Of a stretch of DNA of 64,000 nt, positions 38,921 through 52,030 are shown piece by piece. Position 1 is the stretch's first letter; the number at the start of each line of letters is the position of its first letter. A program made the translations under genes and the position numbers. Under the pieces are notes generated by a model, which did no database searches, was not told where the DNA came from, and saw only the letters and a program-made list of their open reading frames with translations. The stretch lies in assembly GCF_006345805.1 (NCBI RefSeq), contig NC_042998.1:119784001-119848000 (forward strand). Direction: 5' to 3'. Origin of the DNA: Octopus sinensis (Eukaryota).

Positions 38921-39678
38921 ATTGATGTGTGTATATATATGTATATGTGTATATATATGTATATATGTGTATGTTTGAGTGTGTGTGTGTGTGTGTGCGC
39001 GTATGCGTGTGTGTGAAAAAAATCAATGAGTGAATCAGCGGTGAACTGACAAATATTTTGAGGTGTTTATGTATTTTTTTTCACACTTTGGTGATGTCCT
39101 TTTGTACCCAACATCAACGTTGCTCCTTAAGAGATTAATAAAATGATAAGTATCAGATAAAATTACCGAAATCACTATATTCAATGAATTCTTAACATTG
39201 ATACTCCAATATGGTTGCAGTCCATACTGAAAGAAGTGAAAAAAATATAAGCAAATGATACATACTGCTGATGTGATATTTTGTAATTCATTCTAATGAC
39301 AATTGAATTGTTTCCATAGACTAATAACTTAAGAGCATTTACACAGTCTTAAAGCTGATTTACACCAACTAATCTTTTAGAGGTGAATTTTTAAAATATG
39401 TCAGTTCTGTGTAGAAAACAACAACTGATGCAACCTTAATCCACGGTTCATTCATGTTCAACTCATGTAAAGATTTAAAAGTGTGTCAGATTGCAATGAT
39501 TTTTTTTTTTTATGGTTTAAATAAGAGAACAAAAACTGTACACATATTACTTGTAGGCCTTCTGAGACAAGTGAAAATACAAAATTGACATTCTAGAGGA
39601 AAAAAGGATAAAAGAAGGGTAGAGGGAGTATACAAGTGAAACAGCAAATATACAATGATTCAAGCAAATTACAATGCT

Positions 39679-39736
<58 letters not shown>

Positions 39737-40213
39737 CATACATACATACATACACATATATATACATACATACATACATACATATGGACGGACAGACAGA
39801 CAGATAAATGTCTGACCCATGTCAACCTTGAAAATAGACTTTAAATGCTACTTCTGCTGATGATGTATACACACACACACACAAGTACGGCTGTGTGGTG
39901 AAGAAGCTCACTTAAAAATTTTTTTTTAATGTCAGTAGCCACATGTTTTGTATTGTGATATGAGTATGGTAAAATGCAAATGCAGGTTGACATGCGTGCA
40001 TGCTGATAACTAGCCAGCTCTAAGTAGTTGAATGGAGCAACATCTGTTTTTTAAAAAAATATTCTGAAAAGAAGTTTTTAACTAGAAATAGCTTTGATAA
40101 TATGAACCATTTAAGATTTTTCAACTTGATATATCGGATAGATGAAACTCTAATGTATCTGTATTTATTATGCAGAATGCTCCTGAAGTATTTTCTTATA
40201 GGGAATGTAAATA

Positions 40214-40450
40214 TCATCATTTTCCATGCTGGCATGGGTTGGACGGTTCATCAGGAGGTGACAGGCCAGAGGGCTGCAGTAGGCACCTGTCAGTTTTGGC
40301 ATAGTTTCTATGGTTGGAAGCCCTTTCTAATGCCAACCATTTTACAGAGTGTAGTGGATGCATTTTACATGACACCAGCATGCGTACTTTTTGTGTGGAG
40401 CAAGCACAGGTGCTTTTTTATGTGACTCCAGCACAGATGCTGTTTCATGT
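40214..40450 (-). mobile_element. RTE-family 3'-end copy, degenerate
   Basis: catcatcatttccatgctggcatgggttggacggttc. Confidence 0.7.
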
Positions 40451-41269
40451 GGGGCCAACACGGGTGCTTTTTTATGTTGCACCAACACAACACCCTTCTA
40501 GCTTTTTAGGTGGTAGTAGCACAGTTGCTTTTTTTGTAGGGCCAGCATGGGTGTTTCTTATGTGGCACAAGTACAGGTGCTTTTTCTACATGGATGAGTA
40601 TTTTATCTCTTCTCTTGATAGTGCTAAATGTGTTTCTCCTCTATATTGTCACTCCCCTTTCTCTCTTAAGTCAAGATGGATGAGACTTGAAGCAAACAGC
40701 ATTCACATACAAAAATGTACATACTAACACACAAATACAGATAGATGAGGACATCTCTATATGCATACACCCATATATTTGCATGTGCATGTGTGTGCAT
40801 GCATGTGTATGTATTTGTACATACACATATATAAACACACATACACAACAAATCCTGTCTTGCTTTCTCTTTCTCTAACCTTCTCTGACCTCAAATACAG
40901 ACATAAATGTTTGTAAGGCAATGGGTCTACTTAGTTTTTTTGACAATGAGTATTTTCCTATATTTCAGTAAACTGAACAGCCAACTCACTGAAATTGTAA
41001 GTGGTGTAGTGTTTTACAGAATTGGCATGACACAGTGTGTAATAAGACTTGCTGCTTCAATTACAAGTACAGTCCATCTGGCAGCTTCCACAAAGTTTCT
41101 AGTTACTCAGTTTAACTCTTAAGGCCTGAGTTGACCAGAGGTTGCAGTCATTTACACTTACTCAAGATGTCACACAGTGGGATTGATCTATGACTTCTTG
41201 GTCAGTGCTGGTGACACATGAAAGGCACCCGTGCCAGAGGCACACAAAGGACATCCATGCTAGTGCAAT

Positions 41270-41670
41270 ATCAAAGGCACTCGTGCCAGTGACATGTAAA
41301 AGGCATCCATGCTGATGACATGTAAAAGACATCCAGTACATTCTATGAAGTGGTTGGTGTTGGGAAGGGTATCTAGCTATAGAAATCAAGCCAAAACAGA
41401 CTGGAACCTGGTGCAACTCTCTGACTTACCATCTCCAGTCAAACTGCCAGCATGGAAAACATATGATAAATGATAATGATGATGATACATGTATACACAT
41501 TTATAAATACATAATTATACAGAAGTTTATATATCATCATCATCATCATTTAACATCCGTTATCCATGCTGGTATGGGTTGGCCAGTTTGACCAGGGCTG
41601 GCCAGCTGGAAAGCTGCATCAGACTCTAGTCTGATTTGGCATAGTTTCTATGCCTAGATGCCCTTCCTAA
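41270..41670. mobile_element. Two RTE-family 3' ends, tail to tail (+ about 41270-41485; - about 41535-41670)
   Basis: gatgatgat tail on the plus strand facing a catcatcat tail on the minus strand. Confidence 0.7.
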
Positions 41671-44600
41671 TTTTATATGCACATGTGTGTGTGTGTGTAT
41701 TTGTGTATATATCCTCATCATAATGTAATGTCCACCTTTTCATGCTTGCATGTATCAGAGTTTATTTGAGGATGGTTTTCTTTCATCAGATGTCCTTCAT
41801 GTCACCAACTGTTCTCTGTTTGCCAAGTAAGGTAATATTTCCCCATGGCAAAATACTGGAAATGACTGACACTTGTATAACAATGACACTCATTTCAATT
41901 ATCACACAATGTCAAGACAAGAAGGCATAAGCACATGCACACACTCACACACACACTCACATACATGTATACACATACAATGCAGGATTCTTTCATCATC
42001 ATCCTCCTCATCATCATCATCACTTAATATCCGTTTTCCATGCTGGCATGGATTGAATGCTCCCAAATCCACTTTCAATGCTTTCGTCAAACTGGGAATA
42101 TAGCAAAAGATACTTGCTCAAGGTGTCACATTGTGGGACTGAATCTGGGACTATGTGGTTGGGGAACAAACTTCTTACCACACAGCCATGCCTGCATCTA
42201 CTATGTATAAACGTGTTCACACACATTCATACATATACATACAAACATATATATAAATACATACATATCAATGTGCAGAAAATCTTCCTGTCAAAAAGAT
42301 AATAATATAAATGATATTAAATGTTATAAACACTAATTTGAGACATCTTGTTACCCTTTCTGTCTTTCAAACATCTGCTAGTTTTCCCTTCTCTCCAACC
42401 CTTTTCTCACTCATTGAGCTGTTATTTAGCCCTAATCCAGCACACCTCTGAAAACTATTCAAGATATGGCTATCCTGTCATTTATCCAGACAAACTACAT
42501 TATGCTACCCCCACCCTTTTTTTTTTTTTTTTAGATGATACAGAGATTTGAGATTTTGAAGGAGATTTGGCCGCCATTCCTAACTGGAAAAGTGATATTA
42601 AAGAAGCCCATTTATTAATAAATGGTGACTATAAATGTTGTTGGTTAGTCCTTAATTGGTCCTAATTAAGCAGAATTATGATCAAAAACATTCCACTCAT
42701 GACCATTCCATCTTTTTTCTGGCCATAATATACAAATATTTTAAAATGTATATCTACTATATGAGAATAATGTGAAAAGGAGAGATATGATAAGAAATTA
42801 AACAAACCCCCAACCCCACCAAATAAAAAAATTGATAACTTTGGTATCGAATGATCTACATGAATAGATCTGTCAAACTGTTATCTCTTTGGTTAACTTG
42901 TAATGCAATTATTACTAAGAAAATTTGAACCAGATATGAAAGGGAAGAGGAAATCATACATATGAAGTGTTTTATTTATGTTCTTCAGTTATCAAAAGGG
43001 TTTTTAAGTGTAGATAAAGACTTTCATAAATCCGTGAGGAAATATACATTTAAATCAACTAAAATTACAACTCTAATGAAAAGTAAAAAAATACTAGTGC
43101 TAGTGATAATTCTTGTCATGAACAATAGGGGACATAATTGAAAAATCAAAACAGTAAAACTTGAATGGGAACATGTCATGATTAGTGAATCTGGTCTTTT
43201 GTAAAAATGACTTTGCCTGATATTATTTCTTTCATTAAACTAGAAAAGGGAGAAGAATTTTTCTATTTTTCTCCTTCACCCATTTCAAATCATTAAATGA
43301 TGAGTCAATAAGTAAGTTGCTACATAGTTCCTTGCCCTACTATAAATAGAAGCAACAGTTTCAGGTTACATACATCAGTGTCTTAAACAGGCAAGGACAC
43401 ATTGGAAAAATGTAGTCCAAAATATGTAACAAAATGGGATAGTTTTAGCTGGAATGCATTTGACCATAAATGAAGCCTTCAATCAGGATTGACTTGTGAC
43501 TAAATAACCACTTAGGTACAAGAATGTTTATAGCCTAAGATCTAAAATGGGCAGACATTGAAATTTATGTCTTCAGTAAAACTGTCAACAGTAAAAGCAA
43601 TAGAGATTTAACTGATAGAGCCGAGTATATCATAGATCCAAACTAGTTTATGTGATGATATTGGATCCAAATTACTTTATGTAATGATATTAAGATTCAG
43701 TTAGGGTATCAGAAGTTCACATACTCAAAGGCTAGTAGAGATCCAAAGGACATGGTACTTAAATGGTACACTATTGCTATCTGCTTTCACAAGCTTCTTA
43801 TCTGACCAATCTTTCATAGGAATGAGTTTGGAGCATTATATGTTATGCTTTGAGGAAACATTAATGTCTATCATCAGGACTGACTTGGGAAGCAAACAGT
43901 GGATACTGCTGGCTATTGAACACTACAGCAGATCCTTAATAACTAAAAAGGGAAGACTATTTTTGATTTTGTCTGACAAACTTACCTGCACTTACCACAA
44001 CTCAATTATATCTGGGCATCTCAGTGCAGGTGAACTCGTATGTCCTACAATACTATGAACAGAAAGGGTCGATACTACAAAAGAGCAAACTTTTGGGAGA
44101 TGAAATGACACTTTAAATTAAATGACTGGTAAAGGATCCTAAAAAAGGTATGCATTTGGGATATAACAACTATATAAAATGTTATGGGTTTATCCTTTCA
44201 AATGACAAGCACAGAGAACCTGAAAGAATTATCTCCTCTGCCATCAACTGAAAAAGAATAAATGAAAGGTCACACAAGCAAGATACAGCCACAAACAGGA
44301 AAAGAATCTGATGAAAAGAAAACAATACCAGAATGAAGATAGACTTGATGAATGACAATATTAGCAGCTAAACTGTTAGAGCATTGTAAACTCTCTCTCT
44401 CCTTCTTCTAGAACAGGACACTCCCATATTAGCCACTGATCCTGCATACTTAGCAACAAAAGGAAAAATCTACAAAAGTAATTGTAAAAAGGATCCCCCA
44501 CCAACACCAGGCAACATAATAAGGGATAATTTTCAACTCAAAAGACATCATAAAGACAAGTCAGCAAAACCACCAATTCTGGTCATACAACAACCAAAGT

Positions 44601-45599
44601 CCTGAAGAAGTACTGTAAGGATGGGTTAGTTTCTCATGTTACCTATTTAAGTGCTGCCTTACAGCACATGTCCAAACCTATATTTCCTGTGACATCTATA
44701 CATAAGGTGGATTTTAAAGAAGAGCCCCAAACGACTAACACATATCTTTACTTGAGATCACTTATTAAGGTTATCTCGACAGATATTCTATAGAAATTAT
44801 AGCCAGCACTAATTTTTGTTATGACATTTTGTTTCCAAGATGTCAAATGTAAACAAACATTGAGATCAAAAACGAAAAAAGGTAATGGGCTTATATGCCA
44901 TATTTCAGGGGGTTTTGCCCCTCCATCAGCACCCATCTAACCCTTTAATCTTTTATTTAATAGTCACAAGTAAAGTAATGGAATCAGTAATCAGTAAATA
45001 ACTGCTGAAAAATGAACTCATTTCTTGATGACAATTTGGCTTCTGACAATACTAGAGTACAACAGGTCCCACTATCCTTTCTCAGATATGGAACAATCAC
45101 TCAGACATGGATAAGGAAATACATGTTAGTCCTTAACATCTAAGGAACACTGAAGAACAGTCTATTACAACAGAATTTGCAAGAAACTGAAATCAGTCGA
45201 TCTGTAGGAAACTGTTTAGGTAACTGCAAAGCTATCTTAAGGAGGCCCATCAAAGTCACTCTTTCAGGATACCTATCAAACTTACTCTGTCTTCTAATAG
45301 TCCTCATTTTCATAGACAATTGGGTCAATGTCTGTCAAAATATGTTGAACTTTTACATGAGTGACTTTATGCTTTTATGGACTTTATTCACTTGTGAGCT
45401 GAGAAGGTGAATGTGACTTTTCAGCAGTCAGCTGAAGTTATAAAAACTTGGGTGAAAGACTACAAAGTGACTTGTAAAAGAGGCCAATCAAACCACTTGA
45501 GATACTCAACTAAAGCATTCTTGGAAACAGCAAGCTTCTAAATTAATTTGACATAGCAGCAAATCATGGTGTAAAATTATCAAAGAGAAATTGATTATG

Positions 45600-46240
45600 T
45601 TCTTTAAGGAGAATGACTTGCCAATTGGTAAACAAGATAAAGCTACTCAAACAGTCAAAATAAAGATATGATAAACTTAACCTTTAACTAAAAGTAAAGG
45701 GAGTGGTTATACATCTTATTAAGAGAGATAGATAAAGATTTTTCAAACAACAGTACCCTTTAAAAACATTCAAACAATTCTGAGTAGGAACACTCTTGGA
45801 CCTATAACTGTATGTAATAGCTCTGTTAGACATTTTCTATATGCGCTGATCATCCCAACATATCAAAAGTAACTAAAATCATGATGCTGAATAAGTGTAC
45901 AGATGTAAACAACATGCAATTTAATAGTGGAAACTTTCAAACATTTAGTCATCAACCCTCTAGCACATACAATATAGTTTAGAAGGCTCCAATAACAAAA
46001 GTAATGCAAGAGTCAATATTTTTGCAAGAGGTTGATCAACTGATGTGTTCATCCACCTAGTTCACAAGGTTCACAACCTGAGAACATCATTAGTATACAT
46101 CACATATTCATAGCAGCACACTACAGATGTTTTCAATTACACTCAGATTTTCTCTCAGCTCATTTGTGCTCAATCATTCAATGGGATGTTCAGCAAGTAA
46201 TGCTCTGTTTTTGCATATTCTCTGCATTTAGCACCCATGT
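45600..46240 (+). pseudogene. Possible very old CR1/L2 remnant
   Basis: Weak remnants LLGP, YA.D and NNMQFN..NFQ in the expected order. Confidence 0.35.
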
Positions 46241-46600
46241 TTTGTCACCATGAAATATGCCACTCCATACACAAGCCTCATACAATCTACTATTCACTCA
46301 GAGAGAGAATTCCTTTGTTGCCAGAGGAGGTAACAGTTTATTTTTATTTAGATGGCTGCATCTTCCCCACCCCCACTATCTCCTTCAAAGACTCAGCCCT
46401 ACTTGTTTCAAAACCCACTATCCCTTATCACTTTCTTTTGTTCTGATTCTGTTTAACCTATTATCATTATTAATATTATTATTTTCATTATATCCTCCAA
46501 ATACTCATGAAAAAACACATACACATATATACTTTGTTGGGTACTTCACTAGCAGTATATTGGATATACGTTATCCCATAGAGGGTTGGATTTACAACCC

Positions 46601-46802
<202 letters not shown>

Positions 46803-46902
46803 TTGTCCAACCCATGCTAGCATGGAAAACAGACGCTAAACGATGATGATGATGATGATATACATATATATACATATATATATATTGATATATTAATATA
46901 TG

Positions 46903-46934
<32 letters not shown>

Positions 46935-46953
<19 letters not shown>

Positions 46954-47162
46954 GTTTGTGTGTCTGTGTTTGTCCCTCCAACATCGCTTTACAACCGATG
47001 GTGGTGTGTTTACATCCCCATAACCTAGCAGCTCGGCAAAAGAGACTGACAGAATAAGTACTAGGCTCACAAAGATTAAGTCCTGGGAGCGGTTTGCTCG
47101 ACTAAAGGCAGTACTCCAGCATGGCCACAGTCAAATGACTGAAACAAGTAAAAGAGTAAAAG
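46935..47162 (+). mobile_element. SINE family 2, 3' half
   Basis: Matches 24900-25106. Confidence 0.85.
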
Positions 47163-48224
47163 ATTAGTAGAACAAGCAATATGTAGTCCAATATTAATCA
47201 AAGGTATTTTTCACATAGATGACACCTAAACCTATCCACTCTGAACTTTGTAGCAGGAAACAAAAAGGAACAGCTCAATCCAATTCACTGTTTCACTAGA
47301 AACAATTCCAGAAAGAAAACTAATCATGCAAAAGGTGGTGCCCCAGCATGGCCTCAGCCTCTGACTGAAACCAGTAAAGTAAAAGAAAAGAAATATTGGG
47401 CCTAGTTCAGCTCCTGTCATTAAACTGTTCAACCCATACCAGCATGGAAAATGGACGCTAAATGATGATGATGATAAGTGTGTATGAGTGTGTGTATGTG
47501 TGTGAGTGAATATATATATATATATGAAAATATTGTTCCAATGTACACATATACTAATCTATATATCAACAAAAATATGTACTTAAACACACACACACAC
47601 ACACAAATCAAGGCCAGATTAAGGTCAACAGATGCCCTAAGCACAATCCCTCAACCCTTTCATTCTCAGACAAGATGTTAATAAGACATAACAAAAGTGG
47701 ATTGCAGAATAAAAGATTAAAATTTCAGTTTTCTTTCAGGTCAAACCCAACAGCTGTATCAAATATAATGTTTATTTTAATTGTATTTAACAGCAGCAAG
47801 GAATATACGTATATAGTTCATTGATAACTAGGGCCACAAGAAATATTCCACATTTTCAACACTAAATGTTTGACATTAAAAAAATAATGCTATTGTAAGA
47901 GAAATATAGAAATTGAAAAATTTGTTGAAAAATTATTTTTACAGAGATTGATGGTTTTGAAGAAAAAAAGAAATTCTAATGAAGTAGTATCAGTATTTGT
48001 CAGAAGCAAAATATTCATTCCATTTGTTTCTAACATTGAAGATATACAGCAATTTAACATATGTGAATCAAATTGTAAAATAATATTTATTGTTGCTTAC
48101 TAAGTGCAGATTTTAATCTATGGAATTTTGTTAATAGTTTAACTTCTAATGAATTTCCTTGTTAGCTTTCATTCTTCTCCCAATTCTGTGTTATCCCAGA
48201 GCTGTAGAAAATTGTACATATTAA

Positions 48225-48493
48225 GAATAAGGAAGTAGACAAGATTTTGGATAATACTTTAGTGTTGTCATCTCATTTTGAGAGATTCATCATAAATGAT
48301 TTATTTACAGAAAATTCATGCTTTTTATATATATATGTCAGTTAGTTGAAAAAATCTGGAGTGACTCTGGATTTTTTTCAGCTAACTCACAAACACGGTA
48401 TGAATTTTCTGTAAATAAATCATTCATGATGAATCTCTCAATAAGAGATGAAAGTGCTAAATAATTATCCAAAATCCTAACTACCTGATTTTC
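48225..48493. mobile_element. Palindromic MITE with a putative TTAA TSD (Kolobok-like termini)
   Basis: Arms 48243-48360 and 48362-48476 are reverse complements; TTAA at 48221-48224 and 48494-48497. Confidence 0.7.
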
Positions 48494-48548
48494 TTAAAAT
48501 ATATATACACAAACATACATGAATATATACACATTATATACAATAATG

Positions 48549-48608
<60 letters not shown>

Positions 48609-48667
48609 TACATACAATATATATATAGTGTGCACCTTTGTCACTTGCTCTCTCTCTCTTTCATATA

Positions 48668-50275
48668 CAGGCATACGTCAATGTAAGTTGTTTTGATTTA
48701 AGTCATTCTCGATTATACGTCATTTTCATAAATAATATATAGAAAAATAAAAATCAAGTTTTACTTTTACTTGACTTTACGTCTGCCTGCTACATCATTA
48801 AAAAACCCATTAAAAGCACATAAAATCATGTTACTGTACAATAAATAAGAATAAAAGCATATAAAATCTTATTAAAATACATACAGTAAGTAAATGTAAA
48901 GATACACATCATAAAGTAGTGTAGCTTAGTGAACGGAATCAGGAAATCAGTTGTGTTGTCTTATTTATCGGTCTTTTGGAGCTCATTTTGCACTGTATTT
49001 CCAATACCTACCATTAGGTGTTGTCACGCGTGATTCCCGCAATTGTTTTGAATTAAGATTTGTTTACATCTGTTTATCAGCTACTTTCTCATTCTCATTC
49101 ATTTGTGACATTATTTTCTACCCCCATGACTCCTTAGAAAATTCATAGTGAAAGTGCTAAACATCATGTTATAATGCTGGAAGATAAACTGGCTATGATA
49201 AAATGCCATGAAAAAGGTGAAAAAGTGGTAGCAATTGCACGATCTTTTGGGATGAGTTGGACAACTTTATCAACCACTATACATAATAAGGACAAGATTT
49301 TAGCACATATCAAATCTGAAGCTCCAGGGATGAAGAATATTGCCATCAATAAGAAAAGCGGCAAAATCTTTGAAGAAATGGAAAGTCTTCTTTTTCTTTA
49401 GATTTTTAGGTTGAATCATCAGCATGCTACTATTAGTTAAGAAATTATTCAAGAGAAAGCGTTGTCTTTGTTTGAAGACCCGAAGAAAAAATATCCAGAT
49501 GAGAAAGATGTAGAGTTCAAGGCAAGTCAAAGATGGTTCATGAGATTTAGGGAGTGAAGAAGTTATCACTCCATTAAGAAGCAAGGTGAAAGCGCATCAG
49601 CTGATGAACAAGCAGCAGAGGAATTTCCTAATGCATTAAAGAAAATCATTGAAGAAAACGGGTTTCTTCCTGAACAAATTTTTACCATAGACGAAACTGG
49701 ATTAGATTGGATAAAATTGCCAGACCGTTCATTCATTTCCAAAGGAGAAGAAAACTATTCCAGGCTACAAGGTCTCAAAAGAACGTGTATCCATTATGTT
49801 GGGAGGTAATTATGCAGGAGTTAAAGCCATTGCTTGTGCATCATGCACACAACCCACATGCCCTGAAGAACATACCCAAGGCATCTCTCCCTGTTATATG
49901 GATGGCTAATTCAAAAGCATGGGTTACTGTTATTGTTTTTGAAGATTGCTCCTTCAATCATTTTATCCCAGAAGGGAATTCCTTTCAAGGTTTTACTTAT
50001 TTTAGATAATACTCCTGGCTACCCGCAAAACATCGTAGATTTTGACCCCAACATTACCATTGTATACCTCCCTCTGAACACCACTTCTTTTCTGTAGCCA
50101 ATGGATCAGGGAATAATTGCTATCTTCAAGCATTACTATATGAAGCGTACGCTACAGCAAGCAATAGCTGCAACTGATCTTGATGAGTCCATCACACTTC
50201 GTGACTTTTGTAAGAGATACAATATCTACAAGGCTGTACAGAACATAGCAGCGGCATGGAATGATGTACAGAGCA
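48668..50275 (+). mobile_element. Tigger/pogo transposon, 3'-truncated, transposase pseudogene from 49174
   Basis: TA|CAGGCATAC left end; CENP-B-like HTH (EKGEKVVAIARSFG), FKASQRWF.RF, IDETGL, KAWVT, LLILDN, LP.NTTS.L.PMDQGII. Confidence 0.88.
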
Positions 50276-50940
50276 TGGTTAATAACACTCTCAGATGTGT
50301 GATGCACAAGTACATCAAATACAACTTCTATATGATGAGGGCAGTTTGTGTCCTGTAGGAACCATGAAATTGCTTGTTAGATAAACTCAAGCACTCCAAA
50401 CATCCTTTCATGCCCTGTCTTTTCTTCAATGAGAATAACTTCAACCAGAACCAGAATGTGAACAAGAAGAATGACAGATGGCTATACGTGGACCTTACAG
50501 AAGAACTCATGGTGATACAAACCAAGTTCCTGTTGTCTCAGATGAGCCTGAGTGTCGTGAGAAACAATAGCCATGTCATGCCACCTCACTTCTTCCTGCA
50601 GGACCTCAGGATTAATGCCACCACCCATATCAAGATGTTACACCTGATGGTCAAGTCTTGGGTTGAGGAGTGATCCAAAAAAGACTGTGTTTTGGTAGAA
50701 CTCTACTTCCTCCAGCATGGCTCTCATGACCCAGGAGGAGCTGACCATAAATTTTTATGTGGCCTCTTAGTCTTCTTGATCAGAACTCATAGGACTACTA
50801 TATCTGAGGTGTGACCGAGAGAATTATTAACCAGCAGCCTCAATACCGGCAGCTCATTGAAGGCTGCTATTGTAGATGTAATGGGCAACACAAACAAGTA
50901 TCACTAGATTTTGGCTGAGAACTATTCTATTGAAAATTCT
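50276..50940 (+). pseudogene. maT-like (DD37D) Tc1/mariner transposase fragment
   Basis: KLKH, NDRWL, TKF, VMPPHFF.Q.LRINA, WP.S..DQNS.DYY and SLKAAIV. Confidence 0.7.
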
Positions 50941-50955
50941 GTTTCTTTAATATAT

Positions 50956-52030
50956 CTAGTAACACATTTTTTTTGTCGTTATATATTTTTCGGTTAATGT
51001 TGACATTATTACCCGGAAACGAAATCGAAAATAAAATAGTGCAACGGATGTAAAAAAAAGGTGTAGGAAACGAATATAAAAACAAAAACTCCTGGAAAGC
51101 AACGGGGGTGGTGGTGGATGGAGAAAGGCCTTCAGAAAATTCACAAGATCCAATGTTTTTCCCTCATAACTTTTCGGAAAATGTTTTTTTTTGTTTTTAT
51201 TTTGATGAAATTTTATATAAATACCTTTCAAACGGTATAGATTACGATTATAAAGAAATTTGTGGGAAAAAATCTTTTTCGAGGAGATGGGGAGAGGACT
51301 TCGAAAAATTCACAAAGATCCGATGTTTTTTCCTCGTAACTTTGAGGAAAATGGATATATTTCTACTTCACAGCCACATAGGAAACAAATCTGAAAACAA
51401 AAATACACAAAAAGCAACAGGGGTGGGAGAGGACTTCGGAAAATTCACAAGATCCAAATTTTTCACTCGTAACTTTGAGGAAAATAGAATCCTTTTGAAA
51501 TCACAAATTAGGCTTTGAAGGGTTCGGGTCCTTCTACTATATAAATAGATAGATTTCCTACACCTTTTTTTTTACACCCGTTGCCATATTTTATTTTCGA
51601 TTTCATTTGCGGGTAACATTGTCAACATTAACCATTTTTTCTATTTAATATCTTTGTCATTCCTAATATTCTTATTCTGTTCTCTTTACACTATATATAA
51701 GCATACCTACAGAAGTGTAACATCCTCACCAACTTTGTTTCTTCATATCTTTCAGAAAACCGGATACTACAATTTTTCCAAAATTTCAAGTTTCATATTG
51801 TAGATATATATGTAATGTATGTCATTTTGTATGTGTGTGTGTCTACCAATTTTCTTCTCACATTACATTTCGATATAATCGTAATCTACACGCCAGAAGG
51901 GTATTTGTAGAAAATTTCATTAAAAAAATATTCATTTTTCGGAAAGTTACGAGGAAATAAAATCGATTTTCAGAAACTCGTGTCTTTCATCCAAGGAAAA
52001 AACCTTCACAACAAATTTCACACCTGTGTA
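50956..52030. mobile_element. Back-to-back related elements; the left one has a Helitron-type 5' end at about 51549 on the minus strand
   Basis: A|TCTATTTATATAG on the minus strand; inverted modules 50992-51070 vs 51553-51633 and about 51160-51250 vs 51875-51955. Confidence 0.55.

Noticed and set aside
39090-39235. Strong minus-strand acceptor (ttcacttctttcag) with an open frame
   Set aside because: No LRMDA similarity and no convincing donor; not needed for the gene model
43975-44000. Two tandem GTAAGT donors on the minus strand
   Set aside because: No ATG-led or acceptor-led exon in phase; cannot be supported without RNA data
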